Shown here: one piece after another, positions 28,887-39,112 of the stretch
Layout of the letters: each line of letters starts with the position of its first letter
Numbering within the stretch: position 1 is the first letter of the stretch
Virus record (IMG/VR): IMGVR_UViG_3300046820_001896
Source of the DNA: a virus
Lineage: Duplodnaviria; Heunggongvirae; Uroviricota; Caudoviricetes
Reading direction: 5' to 3' (one strand)
Length of the DNA stretch: 55,091 nucleotides
Position numbers and translations under genes: made by a program
Notes under the pieces: model-generated
Told to the model about the DNA's origin: nothing
Database searches by the model: none
The model's input: only the letters and a program-made list of their open reading frames with translations

Positions 28887-29534
28887 ATGAAATTAATCTT
28901 AGAACGTATCGAATCAGATATCCAAGTTGTTACCGAATCTAAACAGAACGGTACAAAGGATTACTTCATTGAAGGTATCTTCATGATGGCTGATTCTAAA
29001 AACAAAAATGGTCGTATTTACGAATCTAAAATTTTAAAACCTGCTGTTGAAAAATATATTCAAGAGCAAGTAAAAACAGGTCGTGCTGTTGGTGAGTTGA
29101 ACCACCCTGATGGTCCAACAATCAACCTCGACAAAGTATCTCACTTAATCACAGACTTACGTTTCGAAGGAAACGATGTGGTTGGTAAGGCAAAAATCCT
29201 AAACACTCCAATGGGTCAGATCGTAAAAGGTTTACTTGAGGGTGGTGTAAAATTAGGAGTATCATCTCGTGGTATGGGTAGTCTTGAGCAGCGTGAAGGT
29301 GTTAACTATGTGAAGAATGATTTTCACTTAGCTACTGTCGACATCGTCCAAGATCCATCTGCGCCTGCTGCTTTCGTTAACGGAATCATGGAAGGTGTAG
29401 AATGGATTGTTGAGAACGGTGTATTCAAGCCTCAAGAAATTGAAAAGATTGAGACTGAAATTAAGAGAACGCCAAAGGCTCAGCTTGCTGAAGCTCAAGT
29501 ACGTGTTTTCCAACATTTCCTCTCTAAACTTTAA
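28887..29534 (+). CDS. gp21: Prohead protease gp21
   Basis: NKNGRIY, GELNHP and GVSSRGMGS motifs. Confidence 0.96.
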   Translation: MKLILERIESDIQVVTESKQNGTKDYFIEGIFMMADSKNKNGRIYESKILKPAVEKYIQEQVKTGRAVGELNHPDGPTINLDKVSHLITDLRFEGNDVVGKAKILNTPMGQIVKGLLEGGVKLGVSSRGMGSLEQREGVNYVKNDFHLATVDIVQDPSAPAAFVNGIMEGVEWIVENGVFKPQEIEKIETEIKRTPKAQLAEAQVRVFQHFLSKL

Positions 29535-29552
29535 CACTAAGGAGTGATTTGA

Positions 29553-30620
29553 ATGTCACAAAAAGATCTTAAAGATCAATTAGACGAAAAGCTTAGTGAT
29601 GAACAACTCGTTGAAGTTTCTGAGGAACAATTAGCTGAAGAAGCACCTGCTGCAAAAGGCGACGCTAAGTCTGCCGATTTCGGTCAAGGCGCTGACTTCC
29701 AAGACGACAAGAAGAAAACTCTTGCTGACTTGGGTGCAACAAAAACAGCTGAAGCACCAAAGACTAAAGCGGGAATCATCGCCAAGACAGTTGAAAAACT
29801 GAACGGTCTAAAGAAAGAAGATCTTCAAGTTATCTACGGCCAACTCTTCAATGAAGAGCAAGCTGCAGACGAAGTTAAGGATCCAGCGGTTGCTATCGAT
29901 GTATCAGAAGACCTAAAAGCTCTTGTTGATGCAGACGCAAACCTATCAGAAGAATTCAAAGAGAAATCTGCGGTTCTATTTGAAGCTGCTCTAACATCTC
30001 GTATTGCTGTTGAGGCAGAGAAACTAGAAGAACAGTATCAATCTAAATTGGATGAAGCAGTAGATGGCATCCGTTCAGAACTAGTTGAGAAGATCGATGG
30101 TTATCTCAACTACGTTGTAGAACAGTGGATGGAAGAAAATGAACTAGCAGTTGAAACTGGCCTACGTGCTGAGATCGCTGAGAGTTTCATTGATTCACTA
30201 AAGCAAGTGTTCGTTGAACATTATGTTGAAGTCCCAGAAGGTAAAGCAGATCTAGTTGACGGTTTAGCAGAACAAGTTGAAGAACTTGAAGAACAATTAC
30301 AAGCAGCTACTGAGAAATCAGTTAAACTTGCAGAGTCAGTTGAAGAACTTACTCGTGAAAAGCTTGTTGTTGAAGCGACTGAAGGCATGATCGCGACTGA
30401 CGCTGAAAAGCTAAAGTCACTAGTTGAAGGTATCGAATTTGAAGATCAAGAGTCTTTCGCTAAGAAAGTTTCTATCATCAAAGAAGCACACTTCGCTAAA
30501 GCAACAACTTCTGTAACAATTACTGAAGAAGCTGAAGAAGGTCAATCGATCGAACAGCAAACTGCATCACCACGTATGGCAGCTTACATGGCAGCCATTT
30601 CCCGTACTACTAAGAAATAA
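29553..30620 (+). CDS. gp22: Prohead scaffold gp22
   Basis: Acidic coiled coil with LFEAA, KIDGYLNYVVEQW and C-terminal MAAY; synteny. Confidence 0.92.
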   Translation: MSQKDLKDQLDEKLSDEQLVEVSEEQLAEEAPAAKGDAKSADFGQGADFQDDKKKTLADLGATKTAEAPKTKAGIIAKTVEKLNGLKKEDLQVIYGQLFNEEQAADEVKDPAVAIDVSEDLKALVDADANLSEEFKEKSAVLFEAALTSRIAVEAEKLEEQYQSKLDEAVDGIRSELVEKIDGYLNYVVEQWMEENELAVETGLRAEIAESFIDSLKQVFVEHYVEVPEGKADLVDGLAEQVEELEEQLQAATEKSVKLAESVEELTREKLVVEATEGMIATDAEKLKSLVEGIEFEDQESFAKKVSIIKEAHFAKATTSVTITEEAEEGQSIEQQTASPRMAAYMAAISRTTKK

Positions 30621-30634
30621 AAGGAAAACATAAA

Positions 30635-32023
30635 ATGTTTTTAGCTGAACAAGCACAACAAAAATGGTCTGAGGTTCTTGACCACGCTGAACTACCAGCA
30701 ATTAAAGATCCATACAAGCGTGCAGTTACTGCTGTTATTCTTGAGAACCAAGAAAAAGCTCTTCAAGAAGAGCGCGCTCAAGCTTCTTTCGGTTCATTGA
30801 ACGAAGCAGCTCCAACAAACGCAACTGGCGGAAGCATCGCTAACTTCGACCCAATCTTAATTAGCTTGGTTCGTCGTTCTATGCCTAACCTAATCGCTTA
30901 TGACATCGCTGGCGTTCAGCCAATGAGTGGTCCAACTGGTTTGATCTTCGCGATGAAATCACGTTACACATCACAAGGCGGTACAGAAGCTCTTTACAAC
31001 GAAGCTGATACAGATTTCTCTAGCTCATCATTCTCAGGTAGCTCAGCTACTAACAAGAATGGTACACACGGTGGTACATCTGATGGTCTTCCAGGTACAG
31101 ACGCAGCTATCAACGCTGGTGGTTCTGGTACAGCTGGTACAACTGGTGCTGATACTGTTGCTGATAGCTTCGGTGTTGGTGGTGGTATGACTACAGCTGA
31201 AGCTGAAGCATTAGGTGATTCTTCATCTAACTCTTTCGCTCAAATGGCATTCTCAATCGAGAAAGCTACTGTAACAGCTAAGACACGTGCTCTAAAAGCT
31301 GAGTACACAATGGAATTGGCACAAGACCTTAAAGCAGTTCACGGTCTTGACGCTGAAACTGAATTGGCTAATATCCTTTCAGCAGAAATTCTTGCTGAAA
31401 TCAACCGTGAAGTTATCCGTACAATCAACGTTAAAGCTAAGTTAGGTGCTCAAACAGCTAACTGCACAAACGCTGGTGTATTCAACTTAGTTACAGATGC
31501 TGATGGTCGTTGGTCAGTTGAAAAATTCAAAGGTCTTCTAGTTCAGATCGACCGCGAAGCTAACCAAATCGCTAAAGATACACGTCGTGGTAAGGGTAAC
31601 TTCATCGTTTGTTCAAGCGATGTTGCTACAGCACTTGCAGCTTCTGGTATGTTAGTTTACAACCCAGCTATGTCTACAGACTTAGCAGTTGACGACACAG
31701 GCAATACATTTGCTGGTGTTCTAAACGGCAAGATCAAGGTTTACATTGATCCATACGCAACTCAAGACTACGTAACTGTTGGTTACCGTGGTACAAACCC
31801 ATATGACGCTGGTTTATTCTACGCTCCATATGTACCACTAACAATGGTTCGTGCAGTTGATCAAGGTTCTTTCCAACCTAAGATCGGTTTCAAGACACGT
31901 TACGGTATGATTGCTAACCCATTCAGCAATCCAGGTTCAGCACCAGTTAATGATACTGGTCTAAACCGTACTAACGTTTACTTCCGTATCTTCAAGGTTA
32001 CTGGCCTTTTAGACAACGCGTAA
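30635..32023 (+). CDS. gp23: Major capsid protein gp23
   Basis: LVRRSMPNLIAYDIAGVQPMSGPTGLIFAM and FQPKIGFKTRYG motifs. Confidence 0.98.
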   Translation: MFLAEQAQQKWSEVLDHAELPAIKDPYKRAVTAVILENQEKALQEERAQASFGSLNEAAPTNATGGSIANFDPILISLVRRSMPNLIAYDIAGVQPMSGPTGLIFAMKSRYTSQGGTEALYNEADTDFSSSSFSGSSATNKNGTHGGTSDGLPGTDAAINAGGSGTAGTTGADTVADSFGVGGGMTTAEAEALGDSSSNSFAQMAFSIEKATVTAKTRALKAEYTMELAQDLKAVHGLDAETELANILSAEILAEINREVIRTINVKAKLGAQTANCTNAGVFNLVTDADGRWSVEKFKGLLVQIDREANQIAKDTRRGKGNFIVCSSDVATALAASGMLVYNPAMSTDLAVDDTGNTFAGVLNGKIKVYIDPYATQDYVTVGYRGTNPYDAGLFYAPYVPLTMVRAVDQGSFQPKIGFKTRYGMIANPFSNPGSAPVNDTGLNRTNVYFRIFKVTGLLDNA

Positions 32024-32061
32024 TCAACGTGTTCTTATAGGATAATAACTATAAGATAGTA

Positions 32062-32115
32062 CAAGAGGAACTTCGGTTCCTCTTGCTTTAAAGAGGACTT
32101 CGGTCCTCTTTTTTT
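32062..32115 (+). terminator. Tandem cUUCGg hairpins after gp23; the second has a U-tract (intrinsic terminator)
   Basis: CAAGAGGAAC-TTCG-GTTCCTCTTG (32062-32085) and AAAGAGGAC-TTCG-GTCCTCTTT followed by TTTT (32090-32115). Confidence 0.9.
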
Positions 32116-32128
32116 GTTTGGGGTGGTA

Positions 32129-32136
32129 TATAAATA
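32129..32136 (+). promoter_or_regulatory. T4 late promoter for gp3
   Basis: Exact TATAAATA. Confidence 0.85.
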
Positions 32137-32158
32137 GGTTATATTCGGAGAATATTCT

Positions 32159-32656
32159 ATGAACAAAACTTACGATATTGGTGCACCTACCAATACTTTA
32201 ACGAGAAATAAAAATCCTTTAGTCGTATCAGACGGCTTTAAGATGATTTTTGCTCGAGCACCTAACGTGCAATACTTCTTACAAACATTTAGTGTTCCAT
32301 CTGTTACAGTAAATGAAGCAGTTATACCGCACGGCAAATATAATGCCTATCTTCCAGGTGATCGTATTGAATACGAACCATTGACAATCACGATGCTTGT
32401 CTCAGAAGATATGGACAACTTCAAAGAAATCTATGATTGGTTAAATCGTAATATCAATTTAAATAGTCAGCAAGATAAATTTGATGATATGACGATTTAT
32501 ATCTTAACGAGCAAAAATAATCCTAACAAGAAAATGTTCTTCAAAAACGTTTTCCCAACAAGTATAGGTAATATTAGTTTTAACGTTGCCGAAGCAGATA
32601 TTGTGTATGCAACAGTTGATGTAACCTTTAGATACGACTATTTTACTTTTGAGTAA
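32159..32656 (+). CDS. gp3: Tail completion / tube terminator gp3
   Basis: PGDRIEYEPLTITMLVSEDMDNFKEIYDWL and TFRYDYF motifs; usual position after gp23. Confidence 0.85.
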   Translation: MNKTYDIGAPTNTLTRNKNPLVVSDGFKMIFARAPNVQYFLQTFSVPSVTVNEAVIPHGKYNAYLPGDRIEYEPLTITMLVSEDMDNFKEIYDWLNRNINLNSQQDKFDDMTIYILTSKNNPNKKMFFKNVFPTSIGNISFNVAEADIVYATVDVTFRYDYFTFE

Positions 32657-32670
32657 AAATGTGGTATAAT
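32642..32670 (+). promoter_or_regulatory. Early/middle promoter for uvsY
   Basis: TTTACT-N17-TATAAT with TGTGG extended -10. Confidence 0.7.
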
Positions 32671-32698
32671 AGGGATAGATAAACCCTAACTTTATAAC

Positions 32699-33148
32699 AT
32701 GCTGACACTTGAACAAATTTTAGAACATTGGAAAAAAGACTGCGAGATCGACGACCTTGAACTCGACAAGTCTTCTCGTGAAACACCAAAGTTACACGCT
32801 AAGTATATTGAATTGCTTACGCAAGCTAAACTCCAAAAATCCCGTAAAGAACATGAATTTAAAGTTCTGTTGAAAAACAAATTCATGTGGTACAACGGGA
32901 AGATGGACAAATCAAAGATTGATGAACTTGGTTGGGAGTATGATCCATTCGATGGACTTGCTAAACCAATGAAGAGCGATATGGATTATTTTTATGATGC
33001 TGATCCAGAAATTCAGAAGATTCAATCTGCAATCGAGTACTGGAAAACTGTGATAGATACTTTATCTGAGATCGTTTCCAATATTACGTGGCGACATCAA
33101 ACTATTAGTAACATAATAAAGTGGAGGCAATTCACCTCCGGAGCATAA
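32699..33148 (+). CDS. uvsY: Recombination mediator UvsY
   Basis: W.KDCEID, PKLHAKY and WRHQTI..II.WRQF motifs; upstream of uvsW. Confidence 0.88.
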   Translation: MLTLEQILEHWKKDCEIDDLELDKSSRETPKLHAKYIELLTQAKLQKSRKEHEFKVLLKNKFMWYNGKMDKSKIDELGWEYDPFDGLAKPMKSDMDYFYDADPEIQKIQSAIEYWKTVIDTLSEIVSNITWRHQTISNIIKWRQFTSGA

Positions 33149-34626
33149 TGGAAAAAATTGTAGTCAGCAAAGTAAATGATGTATTCTTACGTATAGAATG
33201 TGAAGGTGGTGCTAGACAAGAGTTAGCAGACTACTTTACATTCTATGTTCCTGGCTACAAATTCATGCCTGCATTTAAGAATAAAATGTGGGATGGAAAA
33301 ATTAGATTATACGACTTACGCACTCATACTCTCTATGTTGGTTTATTAGACTACGTAAAGAAGTTTGCAGATGAACGTGGTTATCAAGTTGAAATAAACT
33401 TCCAGCATACAATCACAAAGGTTAACGAAGAAGACTTAGCTACATTTGTTACTAAGCACTTACATCTTCCATTCCAACCTCGTGATTATCAATATAGAGC
33501 AGCAACACATGGTCTAAGACATAGACGTGCATTGCTTGTATCACCTACCGCTTCTGGTAAATCTCTCATCATCTATTTGTTATTGCGCTTCTATATGGGA
33601 ATGCTGCAAGGCAAACGTTTGCTTCTCATTGTGCCAACTACATCATTAGTTGAACAGATGCGCACTGACTTTTTAGGCTATGCACAGAATGATGATTCGT
33701 TTGACGATTCAATGATTCATACAATCTATAGCGGTAAAGAAAAAGATACACTAGCACCAATCGTAATCACTACTTGGCAATCAATCTATAAGTTACCTAA
33801 GACTTGGTTCGAACCGTTTAGAATGGTTATTGGTGATGAAGCACATACATTCCAAGCTAAATCGCTTTCTTCTATTATGGAGAAGTTGACTGATTGTCCG
33901 TATAGATTTGGTTTGACTGGTACTTTAGATGGTACACTTACACATAGACTCGTCTTAGAAGGATTATTCGGACCAGTTTATCAAGTTACAACTACTAAAG
34001 CATTAATGGATGCTGATCAGTTGGCCAAGTTAGACATCAAATGTTTAGTGATGAAATATTCTGATGAAGAATGTAAAGCACAATCAGGTAATACTTACGC
34101 AGAAGAAATTGATTTCATCATTAGTCATCAGAAGCGTAACAACTTTATTAAGAACCTTACGCTAGATCAAAAAGGTAATACACTTGTTTTGTTTAATCGA
34201 GTTGAGAAACATGGTAAGCCATTGTTCAAACTTATAAGGGACAATGTAAAAGATGATCGTAAAGTCTTTTATGTAAGTGGTGAAACTGATGTAACAGATC
34301 GAGAAGCAATTCGTGCCATTACAGAGAAAGAAAAGAATGCTGTGATTGTAGCTTCTCTTGGTACGTTCTCAACTGGTATCAACATTAAGAACTTGCATAA
34401 TATTATCTTTGCGTCTCCATCTAAATCGCAAATTAAAGTACTGCAGTCTATTGGTCGTGGTCTTCGTAAAGCAGATGATGGTAGAGATACTACGCTTTAT
34501 GACATTAGCGATGATTTGCATTGGAAGACTAAGAAGAATTTTACACTTGTACATGCTGGAATTAGGGTACAAATATATAGTAAAGAACAATTTAATTACA
34601 AAATACACGAGGTACCTCTAACATGA
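33148..34626 (+). CDS. uvsW: SF2 DNA helicase UvsW
   Basis: SPTASGKS, GDEAH and QSIGRGLR motifs. Start placed at ATG 33148 behind GGAG. Confidence 0.95.
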   Translation: MEKIVVSKVNDVFLRIECEGGARQELADYFTFYVPGYKFMPAFKNKMWDGKIRLYDLRTHTLYVGLLDYVKKFADERGYQVEINFQHTITKVNEEDLATFVTKHLHLPFQPRDYQYRAATHGLRHRRALLVSPTASGKSLIIYLLLRFYMGMLQGKRLLLIVPTTSLVEQMRTDFLGYAQNDDSFDDSMIHTIYSGKEKDTLAPIVITTWQSIYKLPKTWFEPFRMVIGDEAHTFQAKSLSSIMEKLTDCPYRFGLTGTLDGTLTHRLVLEGLFGPVYQVTTTKALMDADQLAKLDIKCLVMKYSDEECKAQSGNTYAEEIDFIISHQKRNNFIKNLTLDQKGNTLVLFNRVEKHGKPLFKLIRDNVKDDRKVFYVSGETDVTDREAIRAITEKEKNAVIVASLGTFSTGINIKNLHNIIFASPSKSQIKVLQSIGRGLRKADDGRDTTLYDISDDLHWKTKKNFTLVHAGIRVQIYSKEQFNYKIHEVPLT

Positions 34627-35024
34627 CAGAACATTGGCCAAGAGACATTAGACAAATTAAATTGTGCAATGGCGAAGAAATCTTGACAGAAGTAGTTGGT
34701 GAAGATCAATTTGAAATCTTAGTACGTAATCCATTAAAGGTATACAGAGAACGTGTACAGTTGGGTGATATTGCCCGTGAAGCTAACATGTTTACTAGAT
34801 GGATGGGATTTTGTGATAATGATGAACACTTCTTACAGAAGAAAGATGTGCTTGCTGAAGGATTGGTCAATGACGCTGTAGCGTTGTATTATAATAAGAT
34901 GGTAGTGAATGTAGAACAAGATCAGATCGATCCTATCGTACACGCATCAGATGCTGCAGAACCAGAGGTTGCTAAGAATCCTACTATCATAATCAATGAA
35001 GAGGATGAACCAACCTTTCATTAA
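34623..35024 (+). CDS. Conserved T4-like hypothetical protein (Sm-like beta fold, tentative)
   Basis: IKLCNGEEILTEV N-terminus; usual position between uvsW and gp55. Confidence 0.6.
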   Translation: MTEHWPRDIRQIKLCNGEEILTEVVGEDQFEILVRNPLKVYRERVQLGDIAREANMFTRWMGFCDNDEHFLQKKDVLAEGLVNDAVALYYNKMVVNVEQDQIDPIVHASDAAEPEVAKNPTIIINEEDEPTFH

Positions 35025-35055
35025 TAGTATACCTGCTGGCCCCGGGGGTAGATCT

Positions 35056-35084
35056 ATTATATACTGTAAATAATCTGTTGTACA
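35056..35084 (-). promoter_or_regulatory. Leftward promoter TGTACA-N17-TATAAT (antisense to the 34623 ORF and uvsW)
   Basis: Reverse complement reads TGTACA acagattatttacagta TATAAT. Confidence 0.6.
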
Positions 35085-35117
35085 TAGGCCAATGAAAATA
35101 AATTTTTAAAATAAAGG

Positions 35118-35146
35118 TGTACATTTCTTTCGTTATGCTGTATAAT
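35118..35146 (+). promoter_or_regulatory. Early/middle promoter for gp55-gp47-gp46-def
   Basis: TGTACA-N17-TATAAT. Confidence 0.8.
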
Positions 35147-35189
35147 ATACCATGTGTCCCAATACAATCTCTTGGAGTGAATAACCTAA

Positions 35190-35795
35190 ATGTCTGAACC
35201 AAAGGCTCGTCCTCATTATGTGGACAACAAGAAGTTCGGCAAGGCATTAGAAGAATACGCTGAAACCGTTAATAAAGCCAAAGCCGAAAATAAAACAATC
35301 CCAATCGTACCAAATTATATTGCTGATTGCTTTCTAAAAATTGCAGAAGGTCTATCACACAAAGTTAATTTCATTCGATATACGTATCGTGAAGAGATGG
35401 TTATGGATGCTGTAGAGAATTGCTTACGCGCAATCACAAATTATAATCCTAATGCAGCAACAAGAACTGGTACACAAAATGCATTCTCATACTTTACTCA
35501 AATTTGCTTTTTTGCATTCTTAAGACGTATTGAAAAAGAGAAGAAACAACAAGATATCAAATTTAAGTTTATTGAACAATGTGGAATTGAAGAGTTTATT
35601 GCCAATGTTGAAGGCGATGATACTCATGGCGAACAAGCATTCATTGACTCTCTAAGAGAACGTATTGGTAAGATTAGAGAAAAAGATGCAGCTATTAAAG
35701 ACTTTGCTAAAAAAGAAAAGCAGAATAAATCTTTAGAGTTGTTTATGACTGATGCTTTAGTAGAAGAATATATTAATGAAAATTGCAATCCTTAA
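35190..35795 (+). CDS. gp55: Late-transcription sigma factor gp55
   Basis: HYVDNK, KIAEGLSHKVNFIRY, MVMDAVENCL and NAFSYFTQI motifs. Confidence 0.95.
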   Translation: MSEPKARPHYVDNKKFGKALEEYAETVNKAKAENKTIPIVPNYIADCFLKIAEGLSHKVNFIRYTYREEMVMDAVENCLRAITNYNPNAATRTGTQNAFSYFTQICFFAFLRRIEKEKKQQDIKFKFIEQCGIEEFIANVEGDDTHGEQAFIDSLRERIGKIREKDAAIKDFAKKEKQNKSLELFMTDALVEEYINENCNP

Positions 35796-36837
35796 CGATA
35801 CACATTGCGGAGCACGTAACTCATCAGACATCTTCATGGCTTATCAAGAAAAGTTTTATGAAGATGTCTTTTTCCCACACTTGCTCGCAAATGACATTAA
35901 ACATATCATTCATCTAGGTGACTATTACGAGCACCGCAAGTTTGTCAACTTCAAGGCATTAGAACACAATCGCCGAATCTTCTTAGACAAACTTAGAGAA
36001 CACAAGATTCATATGGATATTATTCCAGGCAATCACGATGTGTTCTACAAAAATACCAACGAGCTTTGTTCACTTAAAGAACTTATGGGTCACTATATTG
36101 ATTGTGTAAAGATTCATATGCAACCAACTAATATTCAACTTGGCGGATTAACAATAGCTTTGGTGCCTTGGATTAATGCAGAGAACTATGCTGACACTAT
36201 GGAGTTTATTCAAAACTGTTCAGCTAATATTGTAGGAGGTCACTTTGAATTCTCTGGTTTTGAAATGTATAAAGGTATTCCAAACCCACACGGTATGGAT
36301 ACGAAAGCGTTCGAGAAGTTTGAGATGGTATTTTCTGGCCACTTTCATACTAAGTCTTCTCGCGACAATATTCATTATCTTGGATCCCAAATGGAGTTTA
36401 CTTGGGGTGATTGTGATGATCCCAAATATTTTCACATCCTTGATACTGATACGCGGCAAATAGAAGCAGTACACAATCCGCATACACTTCATACAAAAGT
36501 AGTGTACAACGATGAAAAAACAGATTATAATGGATATGATGTATCGCAATTAGATAATCAGTTTGTTAAAGTTATCGTAGAGAAGAAGCAAGACTTTTTT
36601 GCATTCGATAGACTAATTGACCGTATCTCACAACGACCTATTCACGAACTTAAGATCGCAGAATCGTTCACAGAGTTTTTAGGTGAAAGTGTAGAAGATG
36701 ACGAGATCACATTAGACGATACACAAGTTTTATTGGACTCTTATGTCGAAGCTGTTGATACAGAAGCAGATAAAGAGAAACTAAAAACTCTATTACGTGG
36801 TTTGTATGTAGAGGCACAAAACATAGAAGTGGTATAA
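35776..36837 (+). CDS. gp47: Recombination endonuclease subunit gp47 (Mre11/SbcD-like)
   Basis: DTH, GD, GNHD and GHFH phosphoesterase motifs. Confidence 0.95.
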   Translation: MKIAILNDTHCGARNSSDIFMAYQEKFYEDVFFPHLLANDIKHIIHLGDYYEHRKFVNFKALEHNRRIFLDKLREHKIHMDIIPGNHDVFYKNTNELCSLKELMGHYIDCVKIHMQPTNIQLGGLTIALVPWINAENYADTMEFIQNCSANIVGGHFEFSGFEMYKGIPNPHGMDTKAFEKFEMVFSGHFHTKSSRDNIHYLGSQMEFTWGDCDDPKYFHILDTDTRQIEAVHNPHTLHTKVVYNDEKTDYNGYDVSQLDNQFVKVIVEKKQDFFAFDRLIDRISQRPIHELKIAESFTEFLGESVEDDEITLDDTQVLLDSYVEAVDTEADKEKLKTLLRGLYVEAQNIEVV

Positions 36838-38567
36838 TGGCTGGAATTATTTTTAAAACTGTACGATGGAAAAACTTCTTAAGTACAGGCGACCAATTTA
36901 CAGAAATCCAACTTGATCGTAGCGAAGCTACTCTTATTGTTGGTCAAAATGGTGCAGGTAAATCTACGCTCTTAGACGCATTATCATTTGGGTTGTTTGG
37001 TAAACCTTATCGTAACATCTCTAAGCCGCAACTCTTAAACTCTATCAACAATAAAGCGGCTGTCGTAGAAGTAGAGTTTAATGTTGGTGCTGCAGAGTTT
37101 AAGATTGTGCGAGGCATCAAACCAAACACTTTTGAAATTTACCAAAATGGTAAACTGATTAATCAAGATTCTAATTCACGCGACTATCAAGCATTCCTCG
37201 AACAAAATGTGTTAAAGCTAAACCATAAGTCGTTCCATCAAGTTGTCGTTATTGGCTCTGCTTCTTTTACTCCTTTCATGCAATTGCCAGCAGGACAACG
37301 CAGAACGATCATTGAGGAATTGCTTGATATTCAAGTGTTTTCACGTATGAATCAGATCTTAAAAGAAAAGATCGCTCGCACAAAGGAACAAATTAATGAT
37401 GTCAACAATCAACTCGAACTCATTGGTGAAAAAGTTCGATTACAAAACAAATATATTGCCGACGTCGAATCACTTGCAAAAGATCAGATTAGAGATAAAC
37501 AGAAAGCCATCGAAGATGGTCAGTTATCAATCAAAGATCTTCAGACCAAAAATGCTGAACTTTCAGAGCAACTTATCACTCTTGTTGAACGACAAAAAAA
37601 TCTCAAGACAGTCGAGACAAAGAAAAACAAGTTGGCCGGATTTGGTCATAAGTTTGAGTCTTCCATTAAGACGCTACAAGAAAACAGAACTTTCTTTATG
37701 GAATCTTCTAGCTGCCCAACCTGTTCTCAAGAAATTACTATCGAAACACGGGACGAGCATGTGCATAAATGTGATTCAGAGATCGGGAAAATTAGTGAAG
37801 GTCTTGAAAAGCTCAAGATTGAATTAGACAACATCTCTGTGCAAGAGACTACACTACTAGAAGAGATTGAAAAGTTTCAAGCAGCTCAAATGGATATCGT
37901 AGCAAATAATGCATCTATCACAGCTGCACAACGAGCTATCGATAAATTAGAAGCAGAGATCTTAAAGATCGAAGGAACTGAAGGCGATGTTGGTGCTGCA
38001 TTAGCAGACTTGAAGATGCTTCAGATCGAGAAAGAAAAACTTGCAGAGTTAAAGCTTTCATATATCGATCAACAAAATTATAATCATCTTGCAAATGAGA
38101 TGCTTAAAGATACTGGTATTAAGACAAAGATTGTCAAGCAATATCTACCAGTAATTAACAAATTAGTTAATCAATACTTACAAATCTTAGACTTCTTTGT
38201 ATTGTTTAACTTAGATGAATCCTTTAATGAGACGATTAAGTCTCGCTATCGTGATGAATTTACGTATGCCTCATTTTCAGAAGGTGAGAAACAACGTATT
38301 GACCTCAGCTTACTCTTCACATGGCGTCAAATCGCTCGCATGAAGAATTCAGCTAACACAAACCTATTGATCTTAGACGAGACATTCGATTCTTCATTAG
38401 ATAATGATGGTATCGATAACTTAATGAAGATTTTGGGTACAGTACAAGACACAAACGTTTTCGTCATCTCTCATAAAGGCGACGTACTTGATTCTAAGTT
38501 TAGAAGCAAGATTGAGTTCGTGAAAGAAAGAAACTTCTCAAGGATTAAAAATGCAACCTCAATATAA
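36837..38567 (+). CDS. gp46: Recombination ATPase gp46 (Rad50/SbcC-like)
   Basis: GQNGAGKST, CPTC zinc hook, FSEGEK signature and LILDE. Confidence 0.96.
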   Translation: MAGIIFKTVRWKNFLSTGDQFTEIQLDRSEATLIVGQNGAGKSTLLDALSFGLFGKPYRNISKPQLLNSINNKAAVVEVEFNVGAAEFKIVRGIKPNTFEIYQNGKLINQDSNSRDYQAFLEQNVLKLNHKSFHQVVVIGSASFTPFMQLPAGQRRTIIEELLDIQVFSRMNQILKEKIARTKEQINDVNNQLELIGEKVRLQNKYIADVESLAKDQIRDKQKAIEDGQLSIKDLQTKNAELSEQLITLVERQKNLKTVETKKNKLAGFGHKFESSIKTLQENRTFFMESSSCPTCSQEITIETRDEHVHKCDSEIGKISEGLEKLKIELDNISVQETTLLEEIEKFQAAQMDIVANNASITAAQRAIDKLEAEILKIEGTEGDVGAALADLKMLQIEKEKLAELKLSYIDQQNYNHLANEMLKDTGIKTKIVKQYLPVINKLVNQYLQILDFFVLFNLDESFNETIKSRYRDEFTYASFSEGEKQRIDLSLLFTWRQIARMKNSANTNLLILDETFDSSLDNDGIDNLMKILGTVQDTNVFVISHKGDVLDSKFRSKIEFVKERNFSRIKNATSI

Positions 38568-39036
38568 GCTTATTCCATATGATGATCCTCTATTAACATC
38601 TCCTTTGGAGTATAGTGAAGTAGAAGATAAGAAAGCATTCGCAGAGCAATTAGAAAATGCAACAAGATTTTTTAATGGCATTGGACTATCAGCAAATCAA
38701 GTTGGTATCAACAATCGTGTATTTAGTGTAGCGACTAATGGATTCTCTGAAACGTTCTTTAATCCAAAGATCGTAGAGTATTCTAAAGACGAAGTCTTAT
38801 TTGAAGAAGGTTGCTTATCACAACCTGGTGTATTCATTAGCTTAAAGCGTCCAAAGCAAATTAAGATTGAATACACAAACAAAGAAGGAGAACGTATCAC
38901 TGCAGATTTTGGTGGTATCACAGCTCGCATTATTCAACATGAATACGATCATATGGAAGGTACAAACTTCTTAAAGCGTGCATCACCTATGAAACGTGCT
39001 TTGGCCCTCAAGAAGGCCAAGAAAAAAAACTATTAA
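38551..39036 (+). CDS. def: Peptide deformylase
   Basis: GIGLSANQVG, EGCLS and QHEYDH motifs. Confidence 0.92.
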   Translation: MQPQYKLIPYDDPLLTSPLEYSEVEDKKAFAEQLENATRFFNGIGLSANQVGINNRVFSVATNGFSETFFNPKIVEYSKDEVLFEEGCLSQPGVFISLKRPKQIKIEYTNKEGERITADFGGITARIIQHEYDHMEGTNFLKRASPMKRALALKKAKKKNY

Positions 39037-39058
39037 AATCATAGACTTGCATTAGGCA

Positions 39059-39087
39059 TGTACAGCATGCTATTTTTGTGGTATAAT
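39059..39087 (+). promoter_or_regulatory. Early/middle promoter
   Basis: TGTACA-N17-TATAAT with TGTGG. Confidence 0.8.
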
Positions 39088-39112
39088 ATATACATATCAT
39101 GGAGAAAATAGC

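Noticed and set aside
34947-35021. 24-codon minus-strand ORF downstream of the leftward promoter
   Set aside because: No Shine-Dalgarno, very short, and antisense to a conserved gene.
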